A stretch of DNA of 64,000 bases from Dehalococcoidia bacterium. Lineage in GTDB: Bacteria; Chloroflexota; Dehalococcoidia; UBA6926. The position numbers and the translations under genes were made by a program. Shown here piece after piece: positions 61,813 through 64,000 of the stretch (its first letter is position 1; every line of letters starts with the position of its first letter). Below the pieces are notes generated by a model that had not been told where the DNA came from, ran no database searches, and was given only the letters and a program-made list of their open reading frames with translations. The stretch is from positions 32,001 through 96,000 of the forward strand of contig CAXXET010000007.1 in assembly GCA_963666115.2 (NCBI GenBank), in the 5' to 3' direction.

Positions 61813-61896
61813 CTCTGATGACCCTCCGGCTGCCATTGTAGTCGGTTTGGACCGCTCATCCCCACCCCGCCGTCCGCAACACGATAAACTAGACAC

Positions 61897-62832
61897 ATGA
61901 CCGGCAGCATACTGGACACTATCGGCAACACGCCCCTCGTTGAGCTCAAGCGGCTTCAGCCCAAGCCGGGCGTCCGCCTTTTTGCCAAGCTGGAGGGGCA
62001 GAACCCCACCGGCAGCGTGAAGGACCGCATCGCCCTCCTCATGGTGGAGAACGCCGAGGCGGACCGCACGCTCGGCGACGGCCGCATCATCCTCGAACCC
62101 TCCAGCGGCAACACCGGCGTCTCCCTCGCCATGGTCGCCCGCTACAAGGGCTACGACGTGACCGTCGTCCTGCCGGACAACGTCACCGAAGAGCGGCAGA
62201 CGCTGATCGAGTCATTCGGCGCGAACGTCGTGTTCAGCGAGGGCCGTCACGGCACCAATGGCGCGATCGAAGTCGCGCAGCAGATGGCGAACGACGAGCC
62301 TGACAAGTACGTGATGTTGTACCAGTACGGCAACGAGGCCAATCCGCGCGCGCACTACGACGGCACGGGCGAGGAGATCATCCGTCAGCTGCCGGAGGTG
62401 GACACGTTCGTCGCGGGGCTTGGCACGGGCGGCACGCTCACCGGCGTCGGGCGGCGTCTCAAGGAGCACAACCCGGACGCGCGAATAATAGCAGTCGTGC
62501 CGCACCCGGAGGAGCGCATCCAGGGCCTGCGTTCGCTCGAGGACGGGTTCATCCCGCCGATCCTGGATACGACCGTGCTGGACGGCCAGTTCATCATCAC
62601 GTCGCGTGAATCATTCGAGAAGACGCGGGAACTGTTGCAGACGGAGAGCATCTTCGCGGGCATCTCATCCGGCGCGGTGCTGGCGTGCGCGCAGCGGCTG
62701 GCGGAGCGGATGGACAGCGGCAACATCGTCTGCCTGTTCGCGGACGGCGGCTGGAAGTACCTGTCAACGGGGCTGTGGACGCGCCCGCTCGATGAGATCG
62801 ACGCGGAGATGGGGCGCAAGATCTGGTGGTAG
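61897..62832 (+). CDS. cysM: PLP-dependent cysteine synthase (CysM-like)
   Basis: IGNTPLV, NPTGSVKDR, SSGNTG, GTGGT, ADGGWKYLSTG. Confidence 0.88.
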   Translation: MTGSILDTIGNTPLVELKRLQPKPGVRLFAKLEGQNPTGSVKDRIALLMVENAEADRTLGDGRIILEPSSGNTGVSLAMVARYKGYDVTVVLPDNVTEERQTLIESFGANVVFSEGRHGTNGAIEVAQQMANDEPDKYVMLYQYGNEANPRAHYDGTGEEIIRQLPEVDTFVAGLGTGGTLTGVGRRLKEHNPDARIIAVVPHPEERIQGLRSLEDGFIPPILDTTVLDGQFIITSRESFEKTRELLQTESIFAGISSGAVLACAQRLAERMDSGNIVCLFADGGWKYLSTGLWTRPLDEIDAEMGRKIWW

Positions 62833-63398
62833 CCGACGACGGCGGCCCGTCACAGAGCACGAACGCGCCGAGCAGATTCGGCAGGCAGTTCGTGCCATTC
62901 GCCGCGGTCACGCTGGCCGTCTACATCGCCGACCAGGCGACCAAGCTGCTGATCGTCAGCAATCTGCGCCTGTATGAGTCGGTCCTTGACACGGGCCTGC
63001 TGCGGCTGACCTACGTGACGAACAGCGGCAGCGCGTTCGGCCTGCTGCGCGGCCAGACGGAGTTCCTCGTCCTGGTCAGCCTGATCGGCGTTCTGGGCGT
63101 CATCTTCTACTACCGCGCCAACGGACGCGAAAGCGCGCTGCTCCGGTACTCCCTGGCCCTGTTGCTGGGCGGGGCGCTGGGGAACCTGACAGACCGCCTC
63201 GTGCGCGGCGCAGTCGTCGATTTCATCAGCGTGCGCGTGTGGAGCGACTACTACTTCCCGACGTTCAACGTGGCGGATTCCGCGCTGACCATCGGCCTGT
63301 TCGCGCTGGCTTTCTACGTGCTGAGGAATCGGGCGACGGAGAAGAAGCGGGAGGCGGAGGATGGCGAGGGAGCTGATTCTTCGCTGCGCTCAGAATGA
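62826..63398 (+). CDS. lspA: Lipoprotein signal peptidase II
   Basis: DQATK, NSGSAFG, GALGNLTDR, VVDF, FNVADS. Confidence 0.95.
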   Translation: MVADDGGPSQSTNAPSRFGRQFVPFAAVTLAVYIADQATKLLIVSNLRLYESVLDTGLLRLTYVTNSGSAFGLLRGQTEFLVLVSLIGVLGVIFYYRANGRESALLRYSLALLLGGALGNLTDRLVRGAVVDFISVRVWSDYYFPTFNVADSALTIGLFALAFYVLRNRATEKKREAEDGEGADSSLRSE

Positions 63399-63467
63399 CA
63401 CACGAAATAAGGGGCAGGATTCCTATGGACTGTCATTCTGAACGGAGCGCAGCGGAGTGAAGAATCT
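63375..63467. repeat. Inverted pair of REP-like palindromes
   Basis: GATTCTTCGCTGCGCTCAGAATGACA (24-nt core identical to the 18387 copy) and TGTCATTCTGAACGGAGCGCAGCGGAGTGAAGAATCT. Confidence 0.85.
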
Positions 63468-64000
63468 AGTTACCCAACTGACGGTTCCCGCTGAGCCGGC
63501 GGAGCGGCGGCTGGATCGGTTCCTGGCCGCGGCGCTCGGCGATGATGTCTCGCGGTCCCTGATTGGGCGTCTGATCCAGGATGGGCGCGTCACGGTCAAC
63601 GGTGAAATCCCCCGCAAGCGCGGCCATGCCGTCGAAGCGGGCGACGTGATTGAGATTGCGGGCGATATTTCAACTGACGCCGGTGACGACCTGCAGCCGG
63701 AGCGCGCCACCCTGCATGTCCTCTATGAGGACGATGCCCTGCTCGCCATCGACAAGCCGCCCGGCATCGCCGTCCATCCCGGCCCCGGCCACACAACGGG
63801 AACCATCGTGAACGCCCTGTTGGGGCGCGAGGGCCCGCTGTCCACGATTGGCGGCGACGACAGGCCGGGCATCGTCCATCGGCTGGACAAGGATACCTCC
63901 GGCGTGATGCTCGTCGCCAAGAACGACGCGGCGCACGCGGCGCTGTCGCGGCAGTTCCAGTCTCGCAGCGTTGAAAAGGTGTACGCCGCCCTGCTGCGCG
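63457..64000 (+). CDS. RluA/RluD family pseudouridine synthase, 3' end outside window
   Basis: Own translation: RRLDRFL S4 domain, LYED, DKPPG, RPGIVHRLDKDTSG. Confidence 0.93.
   Translation, partial: MKNLVTQLTVPAEPAERRLDRFLAAALGDDVSRSLIGRLIQDGRVTVNGEIPRKRGHAVEAGDVIEIAGDISTDAGDDLQPERATLHVLYEDDALLAIDKPPGIAVHPGPGHTTGTIVNALLGREGPLSTIGGDDRPGIVHRLDKDTSGVMLVAKNDAAHAALSRQFQSRSVEKVYAALLR

Noticed and set aside
52624-61896. Prophage or integrative element at tRNA-Arg
   Set aside because: No integrase, phage genes or duplicated tRNA end recognised

Overview
High-GC bacterial chromosome segment. Gene content suggests Chloroflexota (Dehalococcoidia/SAR202-like), possibly host- or sponge-associated; this is inferred from paralogous FadE-type acyl-CoA dehydrogenases, a CxxC-x17-CxxC zinc-ribbon gene, rpmB/DAK2/DegV/recG synteny, GAAC-N4-GTDC boxes and a plant-type LRR lipoprotein. 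The housekeeping backbone is pheS/pheT, moeA, M1 aminopeptidase, DEAD helicase, tkt, rpe, argG/argH, rpmB, dinB, recG, argS, tRNA-Arg(UCG), moeB, cysM, lspA and rluA. It is interrupted by small accessory inserts: toxin-antitoxin parts, defence-like nucleases, an orphan methyltransferase and surface lipoproteins. No integrase, transposase or CRISPR array was recognised. The strongest unexplained signals are: (1) a family of short GTCATT-headed palindromes, including exact ATTCCC-N8-GGGAAT copies, at accessory-gene borders and supplying start or stop codons; (2) repeated retention of antitoxins next to truncated or fused toxin remnants; (3) a post-tRNA defence-like cluster (GmrSD-like, degenerate MvaI/BcnI-like, HEPN-like DUF4209, Cys-rich HNH-like membrane protein); (4) an unannotated 56-aa ORF behind tandem LexA-like boxes; (5) a structured ~200-nt leader ahead of the zinc-ribbon/DEAD-helicase genes. 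Clustered frameshifts in the helicase, argG, argH, a molybdoenzyme and an ABC permease are most likely long-read errors. All family calls come from motif recognition by eye, not database searches.
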